64,000 nt of DNA from Acidimicrobiia bacterium (GTDB taxonomy: Bacteria; Actinomycetota; Acidimicrobiia; Acidimicrobiales; Aldehydirespiratoraceae): NCBI GenBank assembly GCA_024421085.1, contig JAHQYN010000005.1:2368-66367 (forward strand), given 5' to 3'. This document shows positions 9,995-18,992 of the stretch, piece after piece. The notes under the pieces are model-generated. The model ran no database searches. It saw nothing but the letters and a program-made list of their open reading frames with translations, and had not been told where the DNA came from. The stretch's first letter is position 1, and each line of letters opens with the position of its first letter. Position numbers and translations under genes: made by a program.

Positions 9995-10212
9995 GGCGGT
10001 GCCGGGCCCTCTGAATCCGGCTTCCGCTTCGTTGGCTGTAGTCGTCGAGCTACCCACCCGTCCACAGGCTGCCGATGATGCCGAGTGTGGTGGGGTGCTG
10101 AGGTAACCGTTGGGGTGGCCGTGCAGACGAGAAACTCGTCCTGCGTGGCGGGGGCAGTTGTTCGGGGGTGGGTCCGGGTGTGGGTCCGGGTGTGGAGCTG
10201 TCGGACTTGAGT

Positions 10213-10596
10213 TCAGGAGGGATCTAGCGGTTGGGTGGGGGTCCAGTCGAGGCGGGGGCGGTCGCTCCAGAGACGCTCGAGCTGATAGAAGTCGCGCTGG
10301 GCCGAACCGAAAACGTGCACCACGAACGCGCCGTAGTCCATCAGCACCCACTCGCGCTCCTGTTTGCCCTCGACCCGCAGCGGTGCAGGTCCGCCGGCGA
10401 GCTTCAGCTCGTGCTCGATCGCATCGACGACCGCATGGACCTGACGGGGATTGGCTGCGCTGGTGATCACGCAATGATCGGTCACCGCAAGCACATCGCC
10501 CACATCGATGATCAGCGTGTCTGTCGCCTTCTTGTCGTCGGCGACGGCCGCGGCCAAGCGGACCCACCTGAGTCGGTCCTGGCCGCTTCGGCTCAC
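10213..10596 (-). CDS. rsfS: Ribosome silencing factor RsfS
   Basis: DKKATD..IDV, VITSAANPRQV, WVLMDYG..VVHVF...RDFYQLERLW; downstream of nadD. Confidence 0.93.
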   Translation of the reverse strand: MSRSGQDRLRWVRLAAAVADDKKATDTLIIDVGDVLAVTDHCVITSAANPRQVHAVVDAIEHELKLAGGPAPLRVEGKQEREWVLMDYGAFVVHVFGSAQRDFYQLERLWSDRPRLDWTPTQPLDPS

Positions 10597-11966
10597 GAGC
10601 CTGCCCAGTCCCAGCCGACGGTGACGGTGAGGTCTGCTGGTGAGTCAACGTCTTCGACGAACGTCGTCGATGCCCCGATCGCATCAGCCAGGGCGGTCGC
10701 CGCCTGCCGGTGGTCGGCGAGGTGGTAGGCCACCGTCGTCTCCTCCACCCCGAACACCGCAGCATTGCCGAGCACGGTGATCTCCGCGCCTGCATCGACG
10801 AGCAGCGGCAGCATCTGGTCTCCCAACCCGGCGCCGGTGCCGTCGAGCAGGCTCACCGAAGGGCGCGCGCCGAGATGCGAACCGACCGGCAGCGGCACCA
10901 TCTCGCGAGCCAGTCGCTTCAACTGGACCTTCTGCTCCTCGTTGAGGGCGAAGAACGGAGGATCTTCGCCTCCGAACGACACCGCCACAACAGCCAGAAC
11001 CTCCAATCGTCGAGACCCCGTGCCCAACGCACGCAGATACGCCGACAACCCGTCGTCGAACGGCAGCGTCGCGGCGACAAGGTCATCGGCGGTGCCCACA
11101 CGGGAGAGCCAAGCCTCCCACAGATCGGCCTGACGCTGCGTGCGGTTCGAGTCGAACTCGCCCTCGTTGAGCCAGCCGTAGACCTCCGCGGCCCGCGCTC
11201 CGCTCAACTGCTGGAACCCGGCCCGATACTCCGTCTCCACGAGACCTCCGGCGCCGACCGAGACGAGGTCGTCGTCGAGAACGACCGGCAGCGGCTCGAC
11301 TAGGCGCAGCCAGCCCCCCAGTTGCGAGGTCGTGATCTCCAAGGTCTCCCTGAATCCGAACCCGAAGACGTCGCCCACCAGCCTGCTCAGGCCTTCCATC
11401 CCCGCCGCCTCATAGACCTCGCCGACGAACACCGCGTCAGCGGGATCGTCGCTGGGCTCGAGGAGGGTCTCGGCGCTGAGCAGCACAGCGGTTCCACCCT
11501 GATCAAGCGCGGTACGAGCCAGGACCGTGATTCCGACCAGGTCGCCACCGTCGCTGAGATGGGCGACCAACATGGTCGGCGTGGGATCGACGAACGCCTG
11601 GTATCCCGGTGCTGTTGGGTCGGTGATCGTCTCGCGCCGCTCACCATTGTTGGAGTCGAGCACCAGCTTGGTTCCTTCCCGCCACACCGCGAACACCAGT
11701 GCCGCAACCGCCACCACCAACAACGGAAACACCAGACCCCAGAAGGGATGCGGACCCGGTGCCGGCCGCTTGCCGCCGACGCGACCCGCGCGGCTCGGTT
11801 CGGGCCGCTCCACCGTCGCGGCGCGCGGCCCCGAATCCAGATCCGCCGTGGCAGCACGCGGCCGCGAAACCCGCTCCGCCGTCGCAGCACGCGGCCCAGA
11901 ATCCCGATCCGCCGTCGCGGCGCGCGGCCCAGAATCCCGATCCGCCGTTGCGTCGGCGGTGTTCAC
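10593..11966 (-). CDS. LytR-CpsA-Psr-like membrane protein with LytR_C domain
   Basis: Single TM helix, RTQRQ motif, C-terminal VSLLDGTG...GNA...DLTVTVGWD; GTGA overlap with the nadD stop. Confidence 0.7.
   Translation of the reverse strand: MNTADATADRDSGPRAATADRDSGPRAATAERVSRPRAATADLDSGPRAATVERPEPSRAGRVGGKRPAPGPHPFWGLVFPLLVVAVAALVFAVWREGTKLVLDSNNGERRETITDPTAPGYQAFVDPTPTMLVAHLSDGGDLVGITVLARTALDQGGTAVLLSAETLLEPSDDPADAVFVGEVYEAAGMEGLSRLVGDVFGFGFRETLEITTSQLGGWLRLVEPLPVVLDDDLVSVGAGGLVETEYRAGFQQLSGARAAEVYGWLNEGEFDSNRTQRQADLWEAWLSRVGTADDLVAATLPFDDGLSAYLRALGTGSRRLEVLAVVAVSFGGEDPPFFALNEEQKVQLKRLAREMVPLPVGSHLGARPSVSLLDGTGAGLGDQMLPLLVDAGAEITVLGNAAVFGVEETTVAYHLADHRQAATALADAIGASTTFVEDVDSPADLTVTVGWDWAGS
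11809..11948 (-). repeat. 33-bp coding tandem repeat (about 4 x AATADRDSGPR)
   Basis: TCC(G/A)CCGT recurs at 11809, 11842, 11875, 11908 and 11941. Confidence 0.85.
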
Positions 11967-12583
11967 CGAGGACTCCCGTAGAGCCCGTTGGAGCGCACAT
12001 AGTCGATCACCGGAGTCGGCAGGAGTCCCAGCACGGGCCGACCGTTGCGGAAGCGGTTGCGAACGTCTGTCGAGGAGACCTCCAAGGCAGGTGCCTCGAC
12101 CACGACGTGCTCCCAGCCCGGTGGAGGTCGGCCCCCGACGCTTCCCGCACGTTCTGCCACAACTGTGGTCGCCAGTCGCTGAACCTCCTCGGGGCGCTCC
12201 CAAGTGTCGAGGCTCGCCGCGACATCGGAGCCCACGACGACGAACAGGTCGGTACCGCCGGTCTGTGCGTCCAGCGCGGCGAGCGTGTCGGCGGTGCAGG
12301 TCCGTCCACCGCGCCGGATCTCGTGATCGCTCGCCTCCAGCACAGACGCGCCGATCGTCTCGTTGGCCGCCGCCACCGCGGCGCGGACCATCTCGAAGCG
12401 GAACCTCGCAGGCGTCACGGAGTTGAAGACAGTCTTCTGCCAAGGATCATTGGCGACGACCAGCAGCATCCGGTCGAGCTCGAGCCGGTGCCGCACTTCC
12501 AAGGCGACCGCCAGATGACCGGAATGGACTGGGTCGAACGTTCCACCGAACACCCCGACCCGCTGCGGTGTATGCTCCTCCAC
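11963..12583 (-). CDS. nadD: Nicotinate-nucleotide adenylyltransferase
   Basis: GVFGGTFDPVHSGH, PWQK, VVGSD, VSSTDVR. Confidence 0.95.
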   Translation of the reverse strand: MEEHTPQRVGVFGGTFDPVHSGHLAVALEVRHRLELDRMLLVVANDPWQKTVFNSVTPARFRFEMVRAAVAAANETIGASVLEASDHEIRRGGRTCTADTLAALDAQTGGTDLFVVVGSDVAASLDTWERPEEVQRLATTVVAERAGSVGGRPPPGWEHVVVEAPALEVSSTDVRNRFRNGRPVLGLLPTPVIDYVRSNGLYGSPR

Positions 12584-12647
12584 GGCTCAGAGTCTAGGGT
12601 CGTGTCCCGGCAACGCAGTCGGGCCGTTGACTGACTCGCGCGGCCGA

Positions 12648-12682
12648 CGTGACAAAAGTCATACAAGCATGATGTGACTTTT
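12648..12682. promoter_or_regulatory. Palindromic regulator site upstream of the sigma factor gene
   Basis: AAAAGTCA-N13-TGACTTTT (12654-12682) overlapping a CRP/GlxR-like CGTGA-N6-TCATA (12648-12663). Confidence 0.4.
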
Positions 12683-12843
12683 CGGCCCCGATGGTGTCTA
12701 ATAGTATACGGCTAGGCCGGAAGGCGGCGCGGACTCAAACAAGATCGCGAGCAGACGGTACCTAAGCCCGTCCCAACACAACCCCAGGCTTCGGCCTGCA
12801 TTATCGGGAAGAGCGCGTGCGCCGATCCCATCGAGTGAGATTC

Positions 12844-13683
12844 ATGAGTGATTCCGTAGGACAATACCTGAACGAGATCGGCGCAGTAGGTCTGCTGAAC
12901 GCGCAAGAGGAGCGCCAACTCTCGCAAATCATCGAGAAAGGCACCGAGGCCCAGGCCCGCAAGGATGCCGGCGAGACCGGCGTTGAGCTCAACCGGGCCA
13001 TCCGCAAGGCAGCGGCGGCCAAGGACCGTTTCATCCGGGCGAACCTCCGCCTCGTTGTGAGCGTCGCCCGGCGCTATCCACTGCCCCCGGGCATGGAACT
13101 GCTTGACCTGATCCAGGAGGGCAACCTCGGCCTCGAGCACGCGGTCGACAAGTTCGACTGGCGCAAGGGCTTCAAGTTCTCGACTTACGCCACCTTCTGG
13201 ATCCGTCAGGCGATCGGCCGGGCGCTCGACCAGAAGGCGAGCCTGGTCCGCCTTCCCGGCGACCGCTCCGCGAGCCTGCGCGCTGCGCTGCGGGCAGTCT
13301 CCGGCGACGGCGACGAGCTCGACGACGAGCACGCCCGCCCGCACCGGAGGACCACCCCCTCCAGCCTCGACCGCACCATCGGCGACGACGACTCCAACGA
13401 GCTCGTCGATCTGCTCCCCGACTCGAATCCCGGCCCCGAGGTCGAGGTCATGGCCAAAGCCGAGGAGGAGATGGTCACCGGACTGCTCGACATACTCGAC
13501 GAACGGGCGAAGTACGCCGTTGAGCAACGGTTCGGCCTCGGCGACGGACGCAAGCGCTCGTACCGCGAAGTCGGTGAGGATCTCGGCGTCACCGCCGAAG
13601 CCGCCCGCCGCCTCGTCAAGCGGGCCATCAACTCGGTTCGAGAATATGCTGCGAATAGTGTAGACGCGGTGGGCGTGGCGTAG
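12844..13683 (+). CDS. RNA polymerase sigma-70 factor, RpoD/SigB-like (group 2)
   Basis: DSVGQYLNEIG, ANLRLVVSVARRY, DLIQEGNLGL, KFSTYATFWIRQAI; lacks region 1.1. Confidence 0.92.
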   Translation: MSDSVGQYLNEIGAVGLLNAQEERQLSQIIEKGTEAQARKDAGETGVELNRAIRKAAAAKDRFIRANLRLVVSVARRYPLPPGMELLDLIQEGNLGLEHAVDKFDWRKGFKFSTYATFWIRQAIGRALDQKASLVRLPGDRSASLRAALRAVSGDGDELDDEHARPHRRTTPSSLDRTIGDDDSNELVDLLPDSNPGPEVEVMAKAEEEMVTGLLDILDERAKYAVEQRFGLGDGRKRSYREVGEDLGVTAEAARRLVKRAINSVREYAANSVDAVGVA

Positions 13684-13711
13684 TATAATGTTCACCACAA
13701 CCCAACAACCC

Positions 13712-13750
13712 ACTGGGGCCCTCGCCGATCGGCGGGGGTCCCGGTCTTTT
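13712..13750 (+). terminator. Intrinsic terminator after the sigma factor gene
   Basis: GC-rich hairpin ACTGGGGCCCTCGCC-GATC-GGCGGGGGTCCCGGT followed by CTTTT. Confidence 0.65.
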
Positions 13751-13837
13751 CCAGCGATGTTGTCGGCATCGTGCGAAGTTGTCGGCATTGTGCGAAATCA
13801 GGTGGAACCTGCGGCACGAACACAGCAGACTTGTCAG

Positions 13838-15202
13838 GTGAGCAACGACTGGAACCCAAGCAGTTGGCGGAACTTCCCCGCCAAGCATCAGCCTTCATGG
13901 CCTGACGACGCCGAAGTCAATCAGGTTCAGAAGATCCTGAGCGAGCAGCCACCCTTGGTCTTTGCAGGTGAGGCCCGCAACCTCATGGGCCGGCTTGCCA
14001 GGGTCGCCGAGGGCGACGCCTTCCTGCTCCAGGCCGGGGACTGCGCCGAGTCCTTCGACAGCTCAACCGACTCGATCAGGGACCGGCTCAGGGTCATCTT
14101 GCAGATGGCCATCGTGCTCACCTACTCCGGCGGCACCCCTGTGGTGAAGGTCGGCCGCATCGCCGGGCAGTTCGCCAAGCCCCGCTCCAATCCAACCGAG
14201 ACGCAGGGCGAGACCGAACTGCCGTCGTTCCTCGGCCAGATCGTAAACGACGTGGCATTCAACTCAGACGACCGGCGCCCGGACGCCCAACGCCTCCTCA
14301 CCGCCTACCACCGGGCCGCCTCCACCCTCAACCTCCTGCGGGCCTTCACACGCGGCGGATACGCAGACCTGCATCAGGTGTCGAGCTGGAACCGAGACTT
14401 CGTAGCGTCCTCGCCCGCAGGCGAGCGCTACGCCACAATGGCCGACGAGATCGACCGCGCCCTGCGCTTCATGGCCGCCTGCGGGATCGACTCCACCACT
14501 GTTCCAGCCCTTCACGAGGTCGACTTCTACACCAGCCATGAAGCGCTGCTGCTCAACTACGAGGAGGCGCTGACCCGCCGCGACTCCCTCACCGGCGACT
14601 GGTACGACTGCTCCGCGCACATGCTCTGGATCGGCGAACGAACCCGCGAGCTCGACGGCGCCCACGTGGAGTTCCTGCGCGGCGTCGGCAATCCGCTGGG
14701 ATGCAAGATCGGACCCACCGCCACGACCGACGAAGTGCTCGGGATCTGCGAGGCCCTGAACCCCGGCCGCGTGCCCGGCAGGCTCACCCTGATCAGCCGC
14801 ATGGGTGCCGACAAGATCGCCGACGGCCTGCCGCCGCTGCTCGCCGCGGTGCGCGACTCCGGTCACCGCGTGGTCTGGGCCTGCGACCCGATGCACGGCA
14901 ACACCTACACCTCCACCGGTGGACGCAAGACCCGCCATTTCGAGGATGTGCTCAGCGAGATCGGCAGCTTCTTCGCGGCTCACCGCTCCGAGGGAACCCA
15001 TCCCGGAGGGGTCCACGTCGAGTTGACCGGCGACGCGGTCACCGAGTGTCTCGGCGGATCCGACGACCTCGTCGACCAAGACCTCGACCGGGCCTACGAG
15101 ACCATGTGCGACCCCCGGCTCAACGGCCGTCAATCGGTCGATCTGGCCTTCCGCGTGGCCGAACTGCTGCAGTCCGACGTCACCCCCGGACTGGGACGCT
15201 AG
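13838..15202 (+). CDS. aroG: 3-deoxy-7-phosphoheptulonate synthase, class II
   Basis: LLQAGDCAESF, GRIAGQFAKPRS, YTSHEALLL, WIGERTR, CDPMHGNT, CDPRLN. Confidence 0.95.
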   Translation: MSNDWNPSSWRNFPAKHQPSWPDDAEVNQVQKILSEQPPLVFAGEARNLMGRLARVAEGDAFLLQAGDCAESFDSSTDSIRDRLRVILQMAIVLTYSGGTPVVKVGRIAGQFAKPRSNPTETQGETELPSFLGQIVNDVAFNSDDRRPDAQRLLTAYHRAASTLNLLRAFTRGGYADLHQVSSWNRDFVASSPAGERYATMADEIDRALRFMAACGIDSTTVPALHEVDFYTSHEALLLNYEEALTRRDSLTGDWYDCSAHMLWIGERTRELDGAHVEFLRGVGNPLGCKIGPTATTDEVLGICEALNPGRVPGRLTLISRMGADKIADGLPPLLAAVRDSGHRVVWACDPMHGNTYTSTGGRKTRHFEDVLSEIGSFFAAHRSEGTHPGGVHVELTGDAVTECLGGSDDLVDQDLDRAYETMCDPRLNGRQSVDLAFRVAELLQSDVTPGLGR

Positions 15203-16695
15203 GCCAGGTTCTCTACGAAGCCCTCGAGTTGGCGGAGGTTCCTAACCTCGAAGGTGCCGTCACAGTGCTGGGAATACTCACCGACGATCGAGTCGCCGGT
15301 GTCCCAGTAGCTGCGCGGCTCCGGATTCAGCCAGTAGACGTGTCGGGCTTTGTCCTGCATCTCCTTGACGATCCAACTCTGCGCCGCGTGGTAGTTGTTG
15401 CGGGCGTCGCCGAGGATCATTATCGACGTGCGCGGGCCGATGTCGGATCCGTACTTCTGCCAGAACACGCCGAACGCGTGCCCGTAGTCGGAATGCCCGT
15501 CGACCCAGACCACGTCGGCTTCGGTGTTGACGCGGTGAACCGCCTCGTTGATGTCCTCAACCCCCTCGAAATACGATGTCACCTCGTCGAGCCCGTCGAT
15601 GAACACGAATGAGCGGACCTTGGAGAACTGCCCGGAGATGGCATAGACGAGGTGCAGCGTGAAACGGGCGAACGCAGCAACCGAACCGGAGATGTCGGCG
15701 ACGACGAAGATCTCGGGCTTGTGCGGCCTGGGGTTGCGGAACTTCGGCTCGACCGGGACCCCCCCGTAGCTCAACGAAGCACGGACCGTGCGCCGGAAAT
15801 CGAGCGGACCCCTGCGTCCGTGTCGGCGCTTGCGCTGCAGCCGGGCCGCCAGCTTGCGCGTCAGCGGGTAGATCGCCTTGCGCAGGCTCGCCATCTCCTC
15901 GCGCGAGGCGTGCATGAAATCGACGTCCTCGGGCAGGGGCTTGCGAAGCGTCTTGGCCATCGCCTCGACACCGCGGTCGGCCACCAACCGCCTCCGGATC
16001 TCCGCCTCTATCTCCTTTTGCAGCTGATCGATCCGCTGCTGGTACTCGTCGCGCCAGAGCCGCTGGTCGAAATCTGAGAACTCCCCCTGAGTGTCTTGGG
16101 CCTGCTGCAGCAGACGCTCCAGGACGCCGTCGAGATCCAGGTTTCGCAGCGTCCGGTAGAGGTAGTAGGTGCCCCCGACCGGGCGGCCGGGCTCCATCCC
16201 CGCGAACCGGCGAACGGCCTGGCGGGCGACGCCCTTCATCATCTGGGCGTCACCGCGCAGCAACGACTGGAACAGCATCTCCGCAAGTTCCTCGGGACTC
16301 AGGTTCTCGCCTGCGCCGCCGCCGCCCTGCTGGTCGCCGAGTTGGGCCTCGTCGAGTTCGTCGTCGTCGAGGTCGCCAAACTCGTCGTCCTCGCCAATGG
16401 CATACTGCCTGCCCCGCAACGAGAAGTACACCTCGAACACCGTCTCGAAGGCCTTCCAGTGGTTGTAGTGCTTGACCAGCGTGGCGCCGAGCGCGTACTT
16501 GAAGGACTCGCGGTCACCGATCGGCACATGCTTGACCGCTTCGAGTGCGTCGAGGTTCTCGGTGAGGCTCACCGGCAGGCCCGCGGCGCGCAGCTCGATG
16601 ATGAACCCGTTGAGCAGTTCCAAGATGGCGTCGCCGAACTCCAGGGGAACCCGCTGAGTCGCGCCGTCTCCTTGTGGGGTGCCGATCGCGGTCAT
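15199..16695 (-). CDS. VWA domain protein, CoxE-like
   Basis: LRAAGLPVS, LDFRRTVRAS, MIDAS DISGSV, LGDARNNY, YWLNPEP. Confidence 0.88.
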   Translation of the reverse strand: MTAIGTPQGDGATQRVPLEFGDAILELLNGFIIELRAAGLPVSLTENLDALEAVKHVPIGDRESFKYALGATLVKHYNHWKAFETVFEVYFSLRGRQYAIGEDDEFGDLDDDELDEAQLGDQQGGGGAGENLSPEELAEMLFQSLLRGDAQMMKGVARQAVRRFAGMEPGRPVGGTYYLYRTLRNLDLDGVLERLLQQAQDTQGEFSDFDQRLWRDEYQQRIDQLQKEIEAEIRRRLVADRGVEAMAKTLRKPLPEDVDFMHASREEMASLRKAIYPLTRKLAARLQRKRRHGRRGPLDFRRTVRASLSYGGVPVEPKFRNPRPHKPEIFVVADISGSVAAFARFTLHLVYAISGQFSKVRSFVFIDGLDEVTSYFEGVEDINEAVHRVNTEADVVWVDGHSDYGHAFGVFWQKYGSDIGPRTSIMILGDARNNYHAAQSWIVKEMQDKARHVYWLNPEPRSYWDTGDSIVGEYSQHCDGTFEVRNLRQLEGFVENLA

Positions 16696-16702
16696 CGCCG
16701 GA

Positions 16703-17584
16703 TCAGGCGCTCACACCGTCGGCAGTCACCAGTTCCTTTGCGACCTTGTTTATGTCGCTCTGGTACTTCAACAAGATGTTGAGCGTGTCGCTCGCAGTCT
16801 GCTCCTCGATCTTGTCGACCCCGAGCAGCACCAGCGTGCGGGCCCAGTCGATCGTCTCAGACACCGACGGCGCCTTCTTCAACTCGATCTGGCGTATCGA
16901 GCGCACGACCCGGGCGACCTGATCGGCCAGATTCTCGGTGATCTCAGGGACCTTCGTGAGCACGATCTCCTTCTCGCGCTCCAGGTCGGGATAATCGACG
17001 TGAAGGTACAGACAACGCCGTTTCAAAGCCTCAGAAAGCTCACGGGTGTTGTTGGAGGTCAAGAACACCAGCGGAATCTGGGAGGCCTCGATGGTGCCGA
17101 GCTCGGGGATCGAGACCTGATAGTCAGAGAGGATCTCAAGCAGCAGAGCCTCGGTCTCGACCTCGACACGGTCGACCTCGTCGATCAGCAGCACGACGGG
17201 ATCGGTCGCGCTGATCGCCTCGAGCAGCGGCCTCGTCAACAGGAACTCGTCGGAGAAGATGTCGTCTGAGAGGCCGTCCCAGTCATGGCCGTCACTTCCG
17301 TCGCTCTGGATCCTCAGCAGCTGCTTCTTGTAGTTCCACTCGTAGAGCGCCTTGGCTTCGTCGAGCCCCTCGTAACACTGCAGACGGATCAACCGGGTGC
17401 CGAGCACCTCCGAGACGCTCTTTGCCAGCTGCGTCTTGCCGGTGCCTGCAGGCCCCTCCACCAGGACCGGCTTCTGCAACCGGTCCGCGAGGTAGACCAC
17501 ACCGGCGATGCCCTCGTCGGACAGATAGCCGACCTGGCACAGGCCGTCCTTGAGGGAGGCGACGTCGCTGAAACGAAAAGACAT
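16703..17584 (-). CDS. MoxR/CoxD-family AAA+ ATPase
   Basis: EGPAGTGKT, RLQCYEGLD, LLIDEVDR, LSEALKRRCLY. Confidence 0.92.
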   Translation of the reverse strand: MSFRFSDVASLKDGLCQVGYLSDEGIAGVVYLADRLQKPVLVEGPAGTGKTQLAKSVSEVLGTRLIRLQCYEGLDEAKALYEWNYKKQLLRIQSDGSDGHDWDGLSDDIFSDEFLLTRPLLEAISATDPVVLLIDEVDRVEVETEALLLEILSDYQVSIPELGTIEASQIPLVFLTSNNTRELSEALKRRCLYLHVDYPDLEREKEIVLTKVPEITENLADQVARVVRSIRQIELKKAPSVSETIDWARTLVLLGVDKIEEQTASDTLNILLKYQSDINKVAKELVTADGVSA

Positions 17585-17661
17585 AGAGGATCAAGGTTAG
17601 CGGCCGTCTACCCCGGTGCAGGTCTCGCTGCGCTCACCGGGCTGCTTTGCGGCGGGGTCTG

Positions 17662-18915
17662 TCAGGGCCGGACGTGGCCCTCGCCGCGGACAACGTACTT
17701 GCAGGTGGTGAGCTGCTCGAGCCCCATCGGACCGCGGGCATGGAGCTTCTGGGTCGAAATGCCGATCTCGGCACCGAAGCCGAACTCCTCACCGTCGACG
17801 AAGCGGGTCGATGCGTTGACCAGGACCGCCGCGGCGTCGACCTCAAGGGCGAAACGGTCCGCAGCGCGGACATCGTTGGTGACGATCGCTTCGCTGTGTC
17901 CCGTCGAAGTCTCAGACACGTGGGCGATCGCCTCGTCGAGATCGCCGACCACCTTGACGCTCATCTTCATGTCGAGGTACTCGGTCGCGAAGTCCTCCGG
18001 TTCAGCGGCTGCGATCGACGGGGAGATCCGGCGCGACTCCTCGTCACCCACCAACTCGACCCCCTCGAGCGAGTCCACCATCGTCGGAATGAACGCCGAA
18101 GCGACGTCGCGGTGGACGACAAGGGACTCAGCGGCGTTGCAGACCCCGGTTCGCTGGGTCTTGGCGTTGACGAGGATCTTGATCGCCATGTCGAGGTCGG
18201 CGGCAGCGTCGACATAGACATGGCAGTTGCCAGCCCCGTCAATGACATAGGGAACCGTGGCGTTGTCGAGGATCGACTGGATCAACGACGGACCCCCACG
18301 GGGGATCAGACAGTCGATGTAGTCGTTCTGCTGCATGAACTCCACAGCGGCCTCACGACGCGTGTCGTTGACCACCACCAAGGCGTCAGCGGGAAGCCCC
18401 GCCTCGGTGAGTGCCTCACGCAACACGGCCGACACGGCCAGATTGGAATTGATCGCAGACGAGGACCCGCGCAGGAAAGCGGCGTTTCCAGACTTGAGAC
18501 AGAGGCCGAAGGCGTCGCTGGTCACGTTGGGGCGGCTCTCGTAGATGATCGCCACAACACCGAGCGGCACATGCACCCGTTCAATGCGCAGCCCGTTGGG
18601 CCGCACCCAGCCGTCGCTGATCCGCGACACGGGATCAGCCAGCGACGCAACCTTGCGAAGGCCCTCGGCCATCGCTTCGATGCGCGAACGGTCGAGCCGC
18701 AGGCGATCCACGAGCGGCGCTGCCATCTGAGCGCTGACCGCCGCGGCCACATCCGCGGCGTTGGCCTCCAACACCGGCTCCGCCTTCGCCATCAGCAGGT
18801 CGGCCCCGGCGGCCAAGGCGGCATCCTTGCACTCGGTGCTGGCAACGGCCAGCGCGCGTGATGCGATCTTGGCGCGCGCCGCGAGCTCTGGGATCGGAGT
18901 GGTTCGGCCGGTCAC
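17662..18915 (-). CDS. proA: Gamma-glutamyl phosphate reductase
   Basis: IYESRPNVT, IPRGG, CNAAESL, NASTRFVDG, GISTQKLHARGPMGL. Confidence 0.96.
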   Translation of the reverse strand: MTGRTTPIPELAARAKIASRALAVASTECKDAALAAGADLLMAKAEPVLEANAADVAAAVSAQMAAPLVDRLRLDRSRIEAMAEGLRKVASLADPVSRISDGWVRPNGLRIERVHVPLGVVAIIYESRPNVTSDAFGLCLKSGNAAFLRGSSSAINSNLAVSAVLREALTEAGLPADALVVVNDTRREAAVEFMQQNDYIDCLIPRGGPSLIQSILDNATVPYVIDGAGNCHVYVDAAADLDMAIKILVNAKTQRTGVCNAAESLVVHRDVASAFIPTMVDSLEGVELVGDEESRRISPSIAAAEPEDFATEYLDMKMSVKVVGDLDEAIAHVSETSTGHSEAIVTNDVRAADRFALEVDAAAVLVNASTRFVDGEEFGFGAEIGISTQKLHARGPMGLEQLTTCKYVVRGEGHVRP

Positions 18916-18992
18916 TGTCTCAGCGTAGCTGACCGACACAGTAGTGTTGACCGGAGCAGAGGCAGTTCAATCGGTGGAAGGGACCAACTGGA

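Larger units (their letters stand above)
8397..10320. mobile_element. Small integrated unit (1849-bp period) in the rsfS 3' end carrying one ATPase gene, no integrase
   Basis: 75-bp direct repeats 1849 bp apart flanking a single accessory gene and its AT-rich promoter. Confidence 0.65.

Noticed and set aside
11967..12443. 616-aa version of the LCP ORF
   Set aside because: The extension overlaps nadD in another frame; the GTGA-coupled start at 11966 fits better.
17612..17641. CCCGGTG...CACCGGG hairpin with CTCGCTGCGCTC loop (REP-like)
   Set aside because: Only one clear copy in the window, so a repeat family cannot be established.
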